From positions 1 through 32,967 of the forward strand of contig JACNFI010000041.1 in the NCBI GenBank assembly GCA_014384665.1: a stretch of 32,967 nucleotides of DNA. Reading direction: 5' to 3'. The notes under the pieces were generated by a model. The model was not told where the DNA came from. It did not search any database and was given only the letters and a program-made list of their open reading frames with translations. Source of the DNA: Candidatus Cloacimonadota bacterium. GTDB taxonomy: Bacteria; Cloacimonadota; Cloacimonadia; JGIOTU-2. Position 1 is the stretch's first letter. Each line of letters starts with the position of its first letter. The translations under genes were made by a program, and so were the position numbers. Shown piece after piece: positions 32,152-32,967 of this stretch.

Positions 32152-32493
32152 TTAATGTGACGCCTTCTTTATCAATATAAGCCTCTTAGTTTCATATAGA
32201 TTGCCATTCACCTGTAATTGATAAAGATATATTCCTGTTAATTGTTCAACTCCATTCTCATCTTTTCCATCCCAGGGAATACCCACTTCATCATCTCCAT
32301 AAGCTGTTCCTTTGTATAAATCCTTTACCAGCTCACCACGAATGTTGTATATCTTTACCTCTGCTCTTGCTGTTTTTGGAAGAAGAAAACTTATCTTTGT
32401 TGAACATCCTGCAAGAGGATTCGGCTTATTCTGATAAAGCCCATATTGTTTCGGTATTGTATGTGTCTCGTAATGGCTCTGGAGTCCCTTGAA
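32152..32493 (-). pseudogene. T9SS C-terminal sorting domain in a frame offset by 1 nt from the upstream ORF (3' part of a frameshifted gene)
   Basis: My own translation of this frame gives ...IPKQYGLYQNKPNPLAGCSTKISFLLPKTARAEVKIYNIRGELVKDLYKGTAYGDDEVGIPWDGKDENGVEQLTGIYLYQLQVNGNLYETKRLILIKKASH*. It has no start codon of its own, so it is absent from the ORF track. Confidence 0.7.
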
Positions 32494-32967
32494 TTATTAC
32501 TATAGCAGGCTCATATCTATGAAATGCTCCACCTAAATCCACGCTCTCAATCCAATACCAATCAGTTTCTCCCTGAATTCCATCCAATTCAACATCCTCA
32601 TAAATATAATGATGAGGTTCTGAAGTCGTGCCATAACCTTCAATTAAATAATCAGTTATTCTTTCAGCAGTTGTGAAATCCTCTTCCGTATTTCTGTAGA
32701 TAAACCAACCGAGATTGTCTGTCTCACTTTGTGTTACCCAATAAAGCGTTGGAACATTGTTGAGATATTGTGCTGTGAATATAGAGAGTTCTACCGGTAG
32801 GGTTACATCGCCATTGCCATAATAAGTTGGTGTAATTAGTTGAAAACGTGCGTTCCACCAAGCTGAATTAACTTGATCCCAATATAAATCAGACTCTACA
32901 GAAGGATCAGTGATAGTCATTCTTACTGTATAGAGATGGTACTTAACTCCTTGCGTAAGATTAACAC
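32426..32967 (-). pseudogene. 5' part of the same T9SS cargo gene; open to the window edge (partial)
   Basis: The frame remains open upstream of the track's Met through 32967. It contains LPVELSIFTAQY...WFIYRN...WYWIESVDLGG, paralogous to the domain in 30881..32023, and ends at a premature stop (32426-32428). Confidence 0.7.

Noticed and set aside
1-32967. Search for tRNA, rRNA, tmRNA, RNase P and SRP RNA genes
   Set aside because: I found no segment with a T-loop GTTCRANYC in a cloverleaf context or other diagnostic conserved blocks. The GC-rich islands are all explained by palindromic repeats. This was a by-eye scan only, and tRNAscan/Infernal would be decisive.

Overview
This is an AT-rich (roughly one-third G+C by eye) bacterial chromosomal segment. 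T9SS-type C-terminal sorting domains together with GGAGG-type ribosome-binding sites suggest an uncultivated FCB-group lineage such as Cloacimonadota or Marinimicrobia, but that placement is low confidence. Housekeeping genes I can name are queC, a Dus-family gene, tsaD, comEC, dxr-cdsA-uppS, rpoN, thpR, ugd and an SDR epimerase. Between them lie small accessory cassettes and an unusually dense set of intergenic palindromic or mobile repeats at nearly every operon boundary. The best candidate for an undescribed system is a three-gene cassette at 16951-18383. It encodes an HslV/proteasome-like N-terminal-threonine hydrolase, a 73-aa ORF with no recognisable family, and a Doc (Fic-fold) toxin. 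It sits between gadCB and comEC and is bracketed by two identical 61-bp double-hairpin/T-tract repeats. Other notable items:
- A four-gene membrane-protein operon of unknown function (5400-8875) that looks like a duplicated two-gene module.
- A decayed PIN toxin-antitoxin cassette inserted between 114-bp duplicates of the moxR promoter and 5' end.
- A MITE-like family with 16-bp terminal inverted repeats and 8-9 bp target-site duplications (three copies).
- A gadC-gadB pair fenced by large palindromes.
- A heptanucleotide microsatellite.
- A frameshifted T9SS cargo gene.

I saw no rRNA, tRNA or CRISPR array by eye. All family assignments rest on motif recognition without database searches.
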